DNA of 64,000 nucleotides from Candidatus Thorarchaeota archaeon (lineage in GTDB: Archaea; Asgardarchaeota; Thorarchaeia; Thorarchaeales; Thorarchaeaceae): assembly GCA_048882485.1 (NCBI GenBank), contig JBHLRP010000011.1:8015-72014 (forward strand), written 5' to 3'. Shown here piece after piece: positions 1-9,204 of the stretch. Position 1 is the stretch's first letter, and each line of letters opens with the position of its first letter. Both the position numbers and the translations under genes were made by a program. The notes under the pieces are model-generated. The model was not told where the DNA came from and did no database searches. It worked only from the letters and a program-made list of their open reading frames with translations.

Positions 1-111
1 ATAGAGTAGTCACTCGAATCACCTGAATAGGTTGCTAGAAACGCAACATGTTAGTTCAGAGAAGACCCCTGTCTTATTCTTTGTCATGAGATTAGAGTCG
101 AGGTTTCTTGT

Positions 112-561
112 CTACTCCTCAAGTTCTTCGAGCTCATCGTCATCTAGAATATCATCATCATATGAGTAAAGATCCTCAAGTTCCTCATCAATGACCTCGA
201 GTTCTGGCTCCTCCTCTTCCTCTTCGAGAGCTTCCAGTTCTGAGTCCTCTTTGAGAACTGCCAATACTGGTTCTTCATCGATCTCTTCCAGTTCTGGTTC
301 ATCCTCAATTACTTCTAGTTCAGGTTCTTCGTCGATGACTTCCAGCTCAGGTTTCTTCCTTCTTCTTGGCTCTTTCTTCTTGGATTTGGCCTTCTCCTTC
401 TTCTCTGTAACAACATGAGATGAGGGCTTCTTCTTGAATGCCCAGAATTCTGAACGCGCCTTGCGATGCCTACGCATTTTTCTGAAGTCTATCTGCTGCG
501 GATTCTGGCTCTTTCTTATTCTAATCAGGTCCCGTTTCGCAGCCTTTTCCTTGTTGACCAT
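112..561 (-). CDS. Charge-segregated low-complexity protein (basic N-half, acidic C-half with PELEVIDEE repeats)
   Basis: 149 aa ORF; K/R-rich aa 1-70, then about five imperfect 9-aa PELE(V/E)I(D/E)(E/D)E units whose codons have diverged synonymously, which supports coding status. Confidence 0.7.
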   Translation of the reverse strand: MVNKEKAAKRDLIRIRKSQNPQQIDFRKMRRHRKARSEFWAFKKKPSSHVVTEKKEKAKSKKKEPRRRKKPELEVIDEEPELEVIEDEPELEEIDEEPVLAVLKEDSELEALEEEEEEPELEVIDEELEDLYSYDDDILDDDELEELEE

Positions 562-696
562 CAGATTCTCACCGTCGCTTCTTCAGCGTGCCCGCTGCGG
601 CTTTTGTTATAACTGTGTCGGAGGAGCATTTCAGAAAGAGGAAGGCTTTTTGTTCCCGTATTGAATGTGGTCTACTTGGAAGAGGTAGACATTGAG

Positions 697-1218
697 ATGA
701 CTCCAGCACGCAAGAAGAAAACATCCAGTATTCGTGTAACGCTAGACGAAGAAACCCTGAAAAGAATAGACGCTATGGCTGGAGAGCGGGGGCGACAGAG
801 GTTCATCAAGGAGGCTATTTTGTGGAGACTCGACCAAGAGCTTCCTCCTGTGGTGTTTGAGCTAATTAGAGATGTAGAACAGCTTCAGGAGAGGGTTGAA
901 CATCTGGAAGGAATTCGATCTACCAGTGTCTATATTGGAGGAATGAATGAAACCGTCAGGGCTCAGGTATGTCGAGATGACCTAGACCGCAATTTAGTCG
1001 CCTACTTCCTACAACATGAGGGTGCATCCACACCAGAGCTTGCGAAGAAATTTCTCAAAGATGAAAACAAACGCAAAACAATCCACGTACGAATCCGGAA
1101 GTTGAACGATCGATCCAAAACGGTGCTTGGAACTCGGATTCTCAGATATGAAAAGGGGGAAGTAAAGGGGAAGCGTGATGCATGGTGGCTCATCGAGCCT
1201 GACCTTGTTCGAGAATGA
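697..1218 (+). CDS. Putative transcription regulator (ribbon-helix-helix-like N-terminus, coiled coil, winged-helix C-terminus)
   Basis: SIRVTLDEETLKRIDAMAG...RQRFIKEAI is RHH-like; ASTPELAKK...KTIHVRIRKL is HTH-like; ATG at 697 is in frame with ORF 661-1218. Confidence 0.55.
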   Translation: MTPARKKKTSSIRVTLDEETLKRIDAMAGERGRQRFIKEAILWRLDQELPPVVFELIRDVEQLQERVEHLEGIRSTSVYIGGMNETVRAQVCRDDLDRNLVAYFLQHEGASTPELAKKFLKDENKRKTIHVRIRKLNDRSKTVLGTRILRYEKGEVKGKRDAWWLIEPDLVRE

Positions 1219-1267
1219 TCTGGGTGCGGTGCAGCAAATCTAAAAAGAGCAACCAATGAGGAGTCTT

Positions 1268-1345
1268 GGGGCCGTAGTCTAGCCTGGATAAGGCACCAGC
1301 CTCCGGAGTTGGTAATCCCCGGTTCGAATCCGGGCGGTCCCGCCA
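1268..1345 (+). tRNA. tRNA-Arg(CCG), CCA encoded
   Basis: Acceptor stem GGGGCCG/CGGTCCC, anticodon arm CCAGC-CT-CCG-GA-GTTGG, T-arm CCCGG-TTCGAAT-CCGGG, 3' GCCA. Confidence 0.95.
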
Positions 1346-1423
1346 TTACTATTTCTAGATTGAAATCGATTGGAGTTTAAATGCCCGGCTAAGGCACACC
1401 TGTCTGATGCGAGGTCGAAATCG

Positions 1424-1615
1424 ATGAGCATTTTGAAAGGCGCACGTTCTCCTCCCGAAAGGGTGGTCGAACGCTTCACGCGGTATCTCAATGGCCCAAT
1501 GGGCCGAACGGTCTTGGAAACTTTGGATGAGGGTGAGAGTTTCATTCTGCAGACATCTGAACATACAATGCGAGTCACTAAGAGGAGAGGCAGAGCCCAC
1601 GTCGAGATGCTGTGA
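1424..1615 (+). CDS. Small hypothetical protein between the two tRNA-Arg genes
   Basis: 63 aa from ATG 1424 (MSILKGARSPPERVVERF...), preceded by SD-like GAGGT; globular-looking composition. Confidence 0.55.
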   Translation: MSILKGARSPPERVVERFTRYLNGPMGRTVLETLDEGESFILQTSEHTMRVTKRRGRAHVEML

Positions 1616-1683
1616 AAATTCCATGTATAATTGCCAAGCCTCCAGCGAAGACTCTATAAGTTGAACAAGGCCCCACGGTGAAC

Positions 1684-1761
1684 GGGGCCGTAGTCTAGCC
1701 TGGATAAGGCACCAGCCTGCGGAGTTGGTAATCCCCGGTTCGAATCCGGGCGGTCCCGCCA
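1684..1761 (+). tRNA. tRNA-Arg(GCG), CCA encoded
   Basis: Same cloverleaf as 1268-1345 but anticodon loop CT-GCG-GA. Confidence 0.95.
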
Positions 1762-1847
1762 TTATTTCTACAAAAGATTCATCATCGGCGTGAAGCTTAA
1801 ATGAGCGTGAAATTCGACAAATATACTAGTCTTGTTCTGAAAAGACA

Positions 1848-2999
1848 ATGGTTGTAGTTGAGTTGCGTATCATGCAGTTCACCCCTCAGAGAATCGAGCG
1901 AGTCCATCGAGCCATGAAGAGCGAAGATACAGAGGCTCTTGTAGTAACAAGAAGGCAGGACGTTCGTTATCTAACGGGGTATGAGAGTCCCACCAATACT
2001 CTTCCTACCGGATGCGTCATTATAATGAATGAGCAGCCTCAGTTGGTTATGTCCAGCCTGCAGCATGAGGCACTAGGTCACAATTCCATAATGGCTCAAG
2101 TCCATCCCATAGATGACAAGCCCTTCGATGAATGGGGTCTTTATCGAAGTGCCAAGTTCTGGGATTCTGTAGTCAAGATTCTCGAGGATTCCGGAATCGA
2201 GAACGGCATAATAGGTCTACAGCAGGAACGTCTCTCAGTAAAAGAGTTCGAATATCTCAAGACAAAGATTCCAGGTGCTGGCTTCAAGGATTTATCTTCA
2301 CTCCTTTGGAGGCTAAGACAGGTCAAAGATGATGCAGAGATTGAAGCAATTCGCAAGGCAGTCAAGGTGGCTGAGATTGGAATTCGGACAGCCCTTGAGA
2401 TTATTGCCCCAGGCAAGACAGAGGCTGGCGCATCAATTGAGATTGAGGCGGCAATGAGGGCTGCTGGCGGTCAACTGCGAGGCATCAGAGCTGCAGTGTT
2501 ATCTGGAAACCGCGGAAGATTTCCTTTCGCACAACCAACCGCCAACAGGATTGGGAAGAACGAGCCAGTGGTTATTGACGTTACAGTGAGCGAATCAGGG
2601 TATTTTGCTGAAGTTGCTAGAACATTGCATAATGGATCTCCAAAGGAATCGCAGCAAAAGGCGTATGATGCAGTATTGCGAGCCTGCAAAGCTGCTGAAG
2701 ACAAAATGACAGCTGGAGCTGGAGTTTCAGATGTCTATGGACGAGTAGCCAAGAAAGTGGGGAAGAAGACTCCCATAGGCAGTTTTCTGCAACCTCTTGG
2801 GAACTCAATAGGTCTCGATCTTCGGGAGCCTCCTCTCATGGTTTCATTTAGTAGGGCATCACTAAGAGAGGGAATGGTTCTCTCTCTCCATCCCACATAT
2901 TATCACGAAGGGATGGGCGCCGCAAAAATCGGTGATATGTTTCTAATCACTTCCGATGGTTATGAGAATCTGTCAACAATTTCTAGAGAGACCATGTAG
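1848..2999 (+). CDS. M24/Xaa-Pro aminopeptidase-fold protein with degenerate metal ligands (pseudo-peptidase)
   Basis: Creatinase-N-like start (DVRYLTGY), LRQVKDDAEIEAIRKA and pita-bread fold; ligand motifs altered: YFAEVART, LGNSIGLDLRE, LSLHP, KIGD. Confidence 0.85.
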   Translation: MVVVELRIMQFTPQRIERVHRAMKSEDTEALVVTRRQDVRYLTGYESPTNTLPTGCVIIMNEQPQLVMSSLQHEALGHNSIMAQVHPIDDKPFDEWGLYRSAKFWDSVVKILEDSGIENGIIGLQQERLSVKEFEYLKTKIPGAGFKDLSSLLWRLRQVKDDAEIEAIRKAVKVAEIGIRTALEIIAPGKTEAGASIEIEAAMRAAGGQLRGIRAAVLSGNRGRFPFAQPTANRIGKNEPVVIDVTVSESGYFAEVARTLHNGSPKESQQKAYDAVLRACKAAEDKMTAGAGVSDVYGRVAKKVGKKTPIGSFLQPLGNSIGLDLREPPLMVSFSRASLREGMVLSLHPTYYHEGMGAAKIGDMFLITSDGYENLSTISRETM

Positions 3000-3000
3000 T

Positions 3001-3612
3001 TCAGGGTGTGATTTGCCATCTCTTCAACTTCTTGAAGACTTGTGAGATTGTTTCTGCTATTTCGGACTGCTTTTCCACCTCTTCGCGTGAGAGCTCCCGT
3101 ATCTGAGATGCTGGCACGCCTGAATTCAGACTCCTTGGAGGAATCACTATGTTTGCAGGAACAATACTCCCCGGTGCAAGTCTAATTCCCTCGCCTAATG
3201 TTGCCCCATCGAAAATAACGCAGCCCTCCCCTACGTTAGCACTATCTCCAATATATACGCCATGAATGACAGAGGCGCTGCCAATAACGCTGAGATTCCC
3301 AATAATAGCTGGGTTCTCTTCGGTATGTGCATGAATAACAACACTGTCCTGAATACAAGTATTCGCTCCAATTCGTACTGAAGCTTGATCGCCCCTTATC
3401 ACAGCTCCTGGCCATATGCTGGCACCAGGACCAATCTCAACATCGCCCACTATTGTGGCCTGTTCACTAACGTACGCATTAGCATCAATTTTCGGATTTT
3501 TATCGGCAAATGGAAGAATTGGCAGCGTTTCCACCTCTCCAGACTGGACTCTAGACTGGGTGGTGATAAGACGAATATAAAACATCACATGACATTGGGT
3601 TGTTCGATTCAT
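3001..3612 (-). CDS. Gamma-carbonic-anhydrase-like left-handed beta-helix protein
   Basis: Hexapeptide repeats, ATIVGDVEIG..SIWPGAVIRGD, NTCIQDSVVIH; true start probably near 3530. Confidence 0.85.
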   Translation of the reverse strand: MNRTTQCHVMFYIRLITTQSRVQSGEVETLPILPFADKNPKIDANAYVSEQATIVGDVEIGPGASIWPGAVIRGDQASVRIGANTCIQDSVVIHAHTEENPAIIGNLSVIGSASVIHGVYIGDSANVGEGCVIFDGATLGEGIRLAPGSIVPANIVIPPRSLNSGVPASQIRELSREEVEKQSEIAETISQVFKKLKRWQITP

Positions 3613-3998
3613 TGGGGGAGTATTTGATGGATTACCGATTCAAAATGCCAGGCTGGCCTCTTGCCAATCAATCGATTTGTCTTCTTCTTGAGGCGGCCAC
3701 TTGGGTCATCGAAGTCTACAAGCTCTCCATCAAGAAACACCAATATGCAAGGTAGTCCAAAGATGTCATGCTTCGCGCCAAACTCTGGAAACTCTTGGAC
3801 ATTTATCTGGATGAATGAAATGTCGGGATTATCACTGTACTTCTCATCAACCTCAATCAATGTGGGCACAAGCGCCTTACAGGGTTCGCACCATGGTGCC
3901 CAACAGTCGACGAATGTAAGCCGCGATTCACATATAGCGTATTCAGCATCATCCAAGGTTACTTGACGAAGCAACAGTATCTCTCCACGCGATGCCAT
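3609..3998 (-). CDS. Thioredoxin family protein (WCEPC)
   Basis: DCWAPWCEPCK active-site motif and thioredoxin-fold spacing. Confidence 0.9.
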   Translation of the reverse strand: MASRGEILLLRQVTLDDAEYAICESRLTFVDCWAPWCEPCKALVPTLIEVDEKYSDNPDISFIQINVQEFPEFGAKHDIFGLPCILVFLDGELVDFDDPSGRLKKKTNRLIGKRPAWHFESVIHQILPQ

Positions 3999-4057
3999 CA
4001 GTCAGCGGAGTCCCTATGAACTTTCTGGAATGTGTGGGAGAAAAATAGAAGAAGTAG

Positions 4058-4086
4058 CCCGGTAGATCCCATCGGGTCCAACCGGG
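4058..4086 (-). terminator. Stem-loop followed by T-rich tract downstream of the 4099-4473 thioredoxin
   Basis: Imperfect inverted repeat CCCGGT-AGATCC...GGGTC-CAACCGGG; the minus strand continues CTACTTCTTCTATTTTTCT. Confidence 0.5.
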
Positions 4087-4098
4087 AGTGCGGATTTC

Positions 4099-4473
4099 CT
4101 ATGCTTCAGCAAGTAGTTCTTCTACAATCTGCGTGTACACTTCGGGCGGCATGACTCCTACAAGTCTATCGACTTTCCTACCTCCACCATCATCAAAAAC
4201 AACACGCTTTCCCTCACTGTAGACGAACACGCTTGGTACGCCTGTGACACGATTAGTCATACTGAAATCTCTGTTCTGATCCACATCCAGCTTGACAACC
4301 TTGAACCCTCTTTCCGAATACTTCTCATCCAGCTCTTCAAGAATTGGTGATAGTGTCCTGCAAGGACCACACCAAACTGCGTGGCAGTCTAGAAATACGA
4401 CCTTGTTGTCGTTCACAACCTTGTCAAGTTCGTCTTGAGTTATCTCTTCAACCATGTAACTGTCATCTCCCAC
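4099..4473 (-). CDS. trxA: Thioredoxin (WCGPC)
   Basis: HAVWCGPCR, KLDVD, VTGVPS cis-Pro loop. Confidence 0.9.
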   Translation of the reverse strand: MGDDSYMVEEITQDELDKVVNDNKVVFLDCHAVWCGPCRTLSPILEELDEKYSERGFKVVKLDVDQNRDFSMTNRVTGVPSVFVYSEGKRVVFDDGGGRKVDRLVGVMPPEVYTQIVEELLAEA

Positions 4474-4588
4474 AAACGGAGCGATTGTGCGTTCCTCGCG
4501 AACAACCGGTTAAAAGTCTTGTTGTGTGTCCAAAAGACCTCCTCCTGCCAAACTTTGATAAGTTCAGCTAAAGGAGGTCGCAGGAACG

Positions 4589-7246
4589 GTGTTTATCTTG
4601 CCTGTACTTCACTGTCCAAAATGTGGCTCAAAGCTCTACATCAAGAAGGGCGGCCACATATGGACCGTGAGATGTTCTACATGTCAGGTGGAGATTCTGG
4701 AGAATGGTCAGAAGAAGGACCTCTTTGATGCCTATGATGCCTATTCACAAGCCTTGAAGGATGGTACAATCCAACCAACTTCTAGGGCAAAGTCGAGAAA
4801 GCGGTCTAGAGCCTCTTCTACAGCAGACTCGTCTGCAGGTCTGACTAGGGCCAGACGTGCAAGAGGAATACGGGTTCAGTCTGAAGAGGAAGTTACACGA
4901 TTGGTGGAAGAAGGCGGAAGTCAACTGGAACTGATTGCAGATTCTGTGCAGTCAATTCTTGGGGGCGGTCAAGATTATCTAGTAAAGTACCAGTTCATGC
5001 AGTCCTCTGATGCCGAGTATGGTAGAGATATTGAAGCCGCAAAGATACCAACAAGATTGAGAGAGCTACTTGCCAAAAAGGGAATAACACAGCTGTACAG
5101 ATTTCAGGATGAAGCCTACGAGGCCATCTTTGCTGGGGAGGATGTTGTGATTGCAGCGCCAACAGCACAGGGTAAGACAGAGGCATTCATTCTGCCTATT
5201 ATTCGGAAACTTTTGATAACGATCAAAGACTCTTTCATGGACCGAGGAATTAGAGCGCTACTAATCTATCCCACCAAGGCTTTAGCTCGTGACCAGTATG
5301 ACAAGATTGTGGAGATGAGCAAGGCCTCTGGAGTTACCGTGGGCATCTTTGATGGTGATGTGTCCCAGAGTCAAAGAAGCAAGCTCTACGCGTCTCCGCC
5401 TGATATCCTTCTCACAAATCCTGACGTTCTTCACTATCATCTTGGATGGGCTGGCTCGCGGTTGGTTCCGCTACTGCACACAGTGAAATATGTGGTTCTA
5501 GACGAGATCCACCTATACACAGGGTCCATGGGAGCCAATGTCTACTACATCCTTAAGCGCCTTGAGCTTGAAGCTGGTGAGTTCCAAAAGGTTGGAGCTT
5601 CAGCAACGATCTCTAATCCTAAGGAGTTTGCTGACCAGCTATTCGACAACGAAGTACGCCTAATTGAGTCTGTGAGCGCGAAACGCGGCCCAATTCACTT
5701 CATGATGTTCTATCCGGGTAATCGTAGCAAATACAGCATGATTGTAGACATCGTGAGAAGACTACAGGAGGGTGGCTTCAAGACTCTGGTATTCGGGAAC
5801 ACTCACTCAGAGGCAGAAGTCCTAAACATGCTCATCAGAGATGTTGGAGTACGGTCAATGGTCCACAGGGCTGGCCTTACGAAGAAATACCGCAGCCAAG
5901 TCGAATCTCAGTTCAAGTCTGGTGACCTACATTGCCTGGTTTCAACTCCAACCCTCGAGCTGGGGATAGACATTGGAGACCTAGATAGTGTCGTAAGTAT
6001 GATCGTGTCAATAACACGTCTGACTCAGAGAATTGGACGCGCCGGCAGAAAAGGACAAGAGAGTGTGGCAGTCCTTGCCCTTAGAGAGAATGATCCAATC
6101 TCATCCTTCTATCGGCATGAACCCGAGAAATACTTCACAGATATTGATGCCGCCTATATGGAGCCTGAGAATGAAGTGGTTGGCTTCTACCAACTCATCG
6201 CTGCGGCTATGAGCGGCAAGCTGAGTCTCTCGATGTTCCCCCGCCAGAAGAAAATCTTTGACACCTTGGTGGCGGAGGGTCTCGTGAAGATTGAGGATAG
6301 CGGCGAAGTTCGCATTGCTGATTTTGAGTCCGCGCAGAAGAAATGGAGAGGCTATAGCATTCGCGGCATTGGTGATACTGTTCAGATTAAGTCGGATAGA
6401 AAGACTCTGGGCGAGAGATCAATGCCAATGGCTGCACAGGAACTGCACCCCGGAGCAATATATCTGCACGGTGGTCGCAACTACATGTCAGTTGACTTCA
6501 AGCATACTCCAGGATTTGGAAGAGCTACGGTTGTCCCCTTTGCAGACCGAAGTGTTCACACGAAGCCGCTCTACTCTACAATGCCCAAGATTCTGGATAT
6601 TGTAGAAACCAAGAAGATTCTCGGAATGAATATCATCTACTGCAAACTCGGAATGACTCAGACGGTCTATGGATATGTGAAAAAGGAAACCAGGTCCGGA
6701 AAGGTTGTTGGGAGGTCCGATCTTGCCACTCCACTCACCTACAACTACACAACCAGAGGATTTGCGTTCGGAGCGCCTGAACCTGTGAAGATGGTAAATG
6801 AGTATCTTGAGGGCAAACTCCCTGGTGCGAAGGGAATAAGGATGGGTCCCGCTGAACTCTATGGCGGATCTTTCCATGCACTGGAACATGTGGTGATTGA
6901 ATCTAGCGATATGCTCACAGGAGGAAGCACAAGGGAGATTGGCGGAGTATCTATGGGTGATTCTGGTATAATATTCGTCTATGATGGAAGTCCTGGAGGA
7001 AATGGTGCATCAAAGCTCCTATTCACTCGATTAGATGAGGCATTCAAGCGCACAAAGACAATACTTGAGAAATGTGACTGCAATACGATTGATGGATGCC
7101 CTCTCTGCACCTACTCATATCAGTGCGGAAATAACAACCGACCTCTCTTTAAGCTCGGTGCCCTGGAGAGTGTGAATCTCATTCTCGGGGAAGCCAAGAC
7201 GGAGGTCGACACAGAGGGTTATGCGGGATATGAACCGCTTGTATAG
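4589..7246 (+). CDS. SF2 DEAH-box helicase with N-terminal Zn ribbon and C-terminal DUF1998/MZB (Hrq1/SftH/YprA-like)
   Basis: APTAQGKT, YPTKALARDQ, LDEIH, SAT, TLELGIDIG, QRIGRAGR; C-terminal CDC..DGCPLC.....CGNNN; N-terminal CPKC..CSTC. Confidence 0.92.
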   Translation: MFILPVLHCPKCGSKLYIKKGGHIWTVRCSTCQVEILENGQKKDLFDAYDAYSQALKDGTIQPTSRAKSRKRSRASSTADSSAGLTRARRARGIRVQSEEEVTRLVEEGGSQLELIADSVQSILGGGQDYLVKYQFMQSSDAEYGRDIEAAKIPTRLRELLAKKGITQLYRFQDEAYEAIFAGEDVVIAAPTAQGKTEAFILPIIRKLLITIKDSFMDRGIRALLIYPTKALARDQYDKIVEMSKASGVTVGIFDGDVSQSQRSKLYASPPDILLTNPDVLHYHLGWAGSRLVPLLHTVKYVVLDEIHLYTGSMGANVYYILKRLELEAGEFQKVGASATISNPKEFADQLFDNEVRLIESVSAKRGPIHFMMFYPGNRSKYSMIVDIVRRLQEGGFKTLVFGNTHSEAEVLNMLIRDVGVRSMVHRAGLTKKYRSQVESQFKSGDLHCLVSTPTLELGIDIGDLDSVVSMIVSITRLTQRIGRAGRKGQESVAVLALRENDPISSFYRHEPEKYFTDIDAAYMEPENEVVGFYQLIAAAMSGKLSLSMFPRQKKIFDTLVAEGLVKIEDSGEVRIADFESAQKKWRGYSIRGIGDTVQIKSDRKTLGERSMPMAAQELHPGAIYLHGGRNYMSVDFKHTPGFGRATVVPFADRSVHTKPLYSTMPKILDIVETKKILGMNIIYCKLGMTQTVYGYVKKETRSGKVVGRSDLATPLTYNYTTRGFAFGAPEPVKMVNEYLEGKLPGAKGIRMGPAELYGGSFHALEHVVIESSDMLTGGSTREIGGVSMGDSGIIFVYDGSPGGNGASKLLFTRLDEAFKRTKTILEKCDCNTIDGCPLCTYSYQCGNNNRPLFKLGALESVNLILGEAKTEVDTEGYAGYEPLV

Positions 7247-7254
7247 AACGTGAG

Positions 7255-9204
7255 GTGAATGAAATAACAGAGTTCTTGATTGCTAGAGGCCATGACGGAC
7301 CTGCTAGATCGGGCACCTATATCATAAGCGAGATGGCAATTAGCACACCTGCACTTATTGGACCCAGCCAAGCAGAGAAAATCACTCTAAGATATCGCAC
7401 CTATGATCGATCAGAACCAGTCAAAGATACTCCTATGATTGTGTCAATTCCAGGTGTCAAGGACATCGAGATGGATAGATTACACGAGTATGAATCAGTA
7501 TTGCTTCCCTCGATGATAGCAGAAGATACTCTCAACTCAGAAGCAGGAAAGTTGCTCATGCATCAACAGGAGTCTTTCCTCAAGAATCAACGCATTCCGC
7601 CGTCACATGCCATTGTACGTGTACCAGGGTCACTCGATACGGAGTCTTACCTACAGAGCCTGCAGCAATTCGGTCATCTTGGGGTGAGAGCCGCAGCTTT
7701 CCGCTTCACAGGAAACCTCGGTCCAAATGACCGCAAAATGCTCATCCTGCGCAGTCAGCTTCCTCGAAATTGGCTTACACTTGCAATAGGCCGAATCGAG
7801 CCTTATTCAGTACCCTTATTGCATTACTTGGGGTTCGACATCATTGACTCCAGCCGTGCGTTTGAAGCAGCAGCACAGGGAATCCGGTTGTGGCGTATGG
7901 ATTCAGAGCAGGTGAGTAATGCTGACAGCGCAAGACACTGCGCATGTCTTGCTTGCGCTCCGTATTCTGATCTCACTATCTTAGACAATTCTTCGCTAGT
8001 TGAAGTCTTGACAAAACACAATCTCTCGAGATTTCAGATGGTGCTCTCTGAGAGCGCACATGCAATGCAGTCAGGGCACTTGCGGTGGTTGGTTGAATCA
8101 CTTACCCATGCATCTCCATCAATAGCCTCTATTCTAAGAAGGGTCGATGCAGAGTTGTATCCATTCTTGGAGGAGTTCACTCCCACTGTAGGAAAATCTC
8201 CAATGCCTCTCATAGGACCTGAATCATATAATGCGCCAGCAATTAGACGCTTTCGCGAGAAGGTGGCTTCTCGCTTCAAGCCCCCAGTACATAAGAGGCT
8301 AGTCTTGCTCTTGCCTTGTTCAGCGAGAAAGCCATACTCAGACTCAAAGTCACACAAGCGCTTTGCCAGAGCAATCGAGGCTGCAATCGGACCTGCGAGA
8401 TTTGAAATAGCCGAAACGATTCTGACATCTCCCTTGGGAGTCATTCCTCGGGAGTTGGAAAGGATTCATCCAGTGGCACACTATGATATTCCTGTGACCG
8501 GCGACTGGGATGCAGAGGAAACTGAGATTGCCGTTCACGCTCTCATAACTCATATGGAGAAGTTCGGGGAGTCCACAGTTGTTGTGGCGCATGTCTCTGG
8601 AGGATACCTCGACATTGTGAAGAATGCTGAGGAAAGTTTCAAGCAGACACTGATCTACACTTCCTCTGATGCAAGAGCTACAAGTGGAACTTCACTTGAC
8701 ATGCTTGATGAAACTCTGAGAGATATGGGTGAACTCGTTCTAAGCGGTGAATATCGGCGAACGGATTTGGAAGACACGCTTCGTGCTACTGCGGACTTTC
8801 AGTTTGGTTTGGGTTCAGGTGAGCTACTCATTCCAGAGGGTGCAGGTCTGAGGGGCAAGCTGTATAGAACAGTCATCTGTCAAATTGATAAGGAACAAGT
8901 CTGTGCATACAATGCTTCTTCCGGAATGTTGTCCCTGACTCTTGCAGGAGCCCGAAGAATCGCAGATTCACAAAAAAGCTGGGTTCGCTTTGAGGGCAAG
9001 GAAGTGAAAGGCGGATCAATTTTCGCAGTTGGAGTGAGGGAGGCGGACTATGGCATTCGCCCCGGTGATGAAGTCATTGTAGTCGACAAAAATGATAACG
9101 TGGTGGCAGTCGGACGAAGTGAAATGTCTGGAAAAGAGATGTGCGATTTTGAAAAGGGAAGGGCTGTGACAGTCCGTCACAAGCTGGGGGTGACAGAAGA
9201 ATGA
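7255..9204 (+). CDS. arcS: Archaeosine synthase subunit alpha (TGT-like, DUF5591 and PUA domains)
   Basis: HDGPARSG start, LLPCSARKPYSDSKSH, TSPLGVIPRELE, YDIPVTGDW, C-terminal PUA (IRPGDEVIV..AVGRSEMSG). Confidence 0.9.
   Translation: MNEITEFLIARGHDGPARSGTYIISEMAISTPALIGPSQAEKITLRYRTYDRSEPVKDTPMIVSIPGVKDIEMDRLHEYESVLLPSMIAEDTLNSEAGKLLMHQQESFLKNQRIPPSHAIVRVPGSLDTESYLQSLQQFGHLGVRAAAFRFTGNLGPNDRKMLILRSQLPRNWLTLAIGRIEPYSVPLLHYLGFDIIDSSRAFEAAAQGIRLWRMDSEQVSNADSARHCACLACAPYSDLTILDNSSLVEVLTKHNLSRFQMVLSESAHAMQSGHLRWLVESLTHASPSIASILRRVDAELYPFLEEFTPTVGKSPMPLIGPESYNAPAIRRFREKVASRFKPPVHKRLVLLLPCSARKPYSDSKSHKRFARAIEAAIGPARFEIAETILTSPLGVIPRELERIHPVAHYDIPVTGDWDAEETEIAVHALITHMEKFGESTVVVAHVSGGYLDIVKNAEESFKQTLIYTSSDARATSGTSLDMLDETLRDMGELVLSGEYRRTDLEDTLRATADFQFGLGSGELLIPEGAGLRGKLYRTVICQIDKEQVCAYNASSGMLSLTLAGARRIADSQKSWVRFEGKEVKGGSIFAVGVREADYGIRPGDEVIVVDKNDNVVAVGRSEMSGKEMCDFEKGRAVTVRHKLGVTEE

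Noticed and set aside
191-418. Ser-rich plus-strand ORF
   Set aside because: Antisense shadow of the Glu-rich repeats in 112-561
1268-1761. tRNA direct repeat as attL/attR of an integrated element
   Set aside because: Both copies are full-length with different valid anticodons; no integrase and only 338 nt between them
1002-1762. Minus-strand ORFs 1002-1346 and 1355-1762 with near-identical starts (MAGPPGFEPGITNS)
   Set aside because: They are antisense translations of the two tRNA-Arg genes, not duplicated proteins
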